Under the pieces are notes generated by a model, which saw only the letters and a list, made by a program, of their open reading frames with translations, had not been told where the DNA came from and did not search any database. Of a stretch of DNA of 64,000 bases, positions 63,781 through 64,000 are shown one piece after another; position 1 is the stretch's first letter; each line of letters opens with the position of its first letter. The translations under genes were made by a program, and so were the position numbers. The stretch is taken from positions 1-64,000 of the forward strand of contig CAVRCJ010000008.1 of assembly GCA_963719515.1 (NCBI GenBank), in the 5' to 3' direction. The DNA is from an uncultured cyanobacterium. Its GTDB lineage: Bacteria > Cyanobacteriota > Cyanobacteriia > CAKZMO01.

Positions 63781-64000
63781 ATGTCGTCAGAACAGCAGCA
63801 GCGCATCATGGGCTACTTCATTGAGGAGGCAAAGGACCATCTCAATACGATTGAGCAGGGATTGCTCAATCTTCAAAGCACAACGGAAGACCCGGAGCTG
63901 ATCAGCGAGGTTTTTCGAGCGGCTCACTCCGTTAAGGGTGGGGCAGCGATGCTGGGCATCGACAGCGTTCAGCAAATGTCACACCGCCTTGAAGATTGCT
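63781..64000 (+). CDS. CheA-like kinase, N-terminal Hpt domain, cut by the window end (HmpE/PilL-like)
   Basis: Translates MSSEQQQRIMGYFIEEAKDHL..FRAAHSVKGGAAMLG..HRLEDC. Confidence 0.9.
   Translation, partial: MSSEQQQRIMGYFIEEAKDHLNTIEQGLLNLQSTTEDPELISEVFRAAHSVKGGAAMLGIDSVQQMSHRLEDC

Overview
Genomic DNA of a cyanobacterium, probably filamentous: HIP1 GCGATCGC octamers are abundant, and psbA, desA and an hmp/pil chemotaxis-like locus are present. The core genes are a TAXI-type binding protein, an RND efflux pair with a LysR regulator, dihydropyrimidinase, FAD oxidoreductases, desA, a Ser/Thr kinase, proA, three sulfotransferases, a divergent PII, tilS and the hmp locus. Two nearly identical psbA genes lie in inverted orientation, each next to an accessory island. 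Island 1 (about 21-28.2 kb) holds Uma2, a coupled restriction-endonuclease/TOPRIM-like pair, a HEPN-like gene split by a 189-bp MITE, two abutting IS66 elements and a hicB remnant. Island 2 (about 41.6-46.3 kb) holds an MmeI-like restriction-methylase split by IS630, plus a REP doublet. The most striking unexplained structure is a dispersed module: a conserved promoter, a roughly 215-nt multi-hairpin leader whose last stem covers the ribosome-binding site, and a small ORF. It occurs as two full copies and one partial copy. Also notable are a DUF559 nuclease gene preceded by a 190-bp palindrome, D1 proteins with a plant-length C-terminal extension, and a phycobiliprotein-like protein lacking the bilin cysteine. 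All protein family calls come from motif recognition, not database searches.
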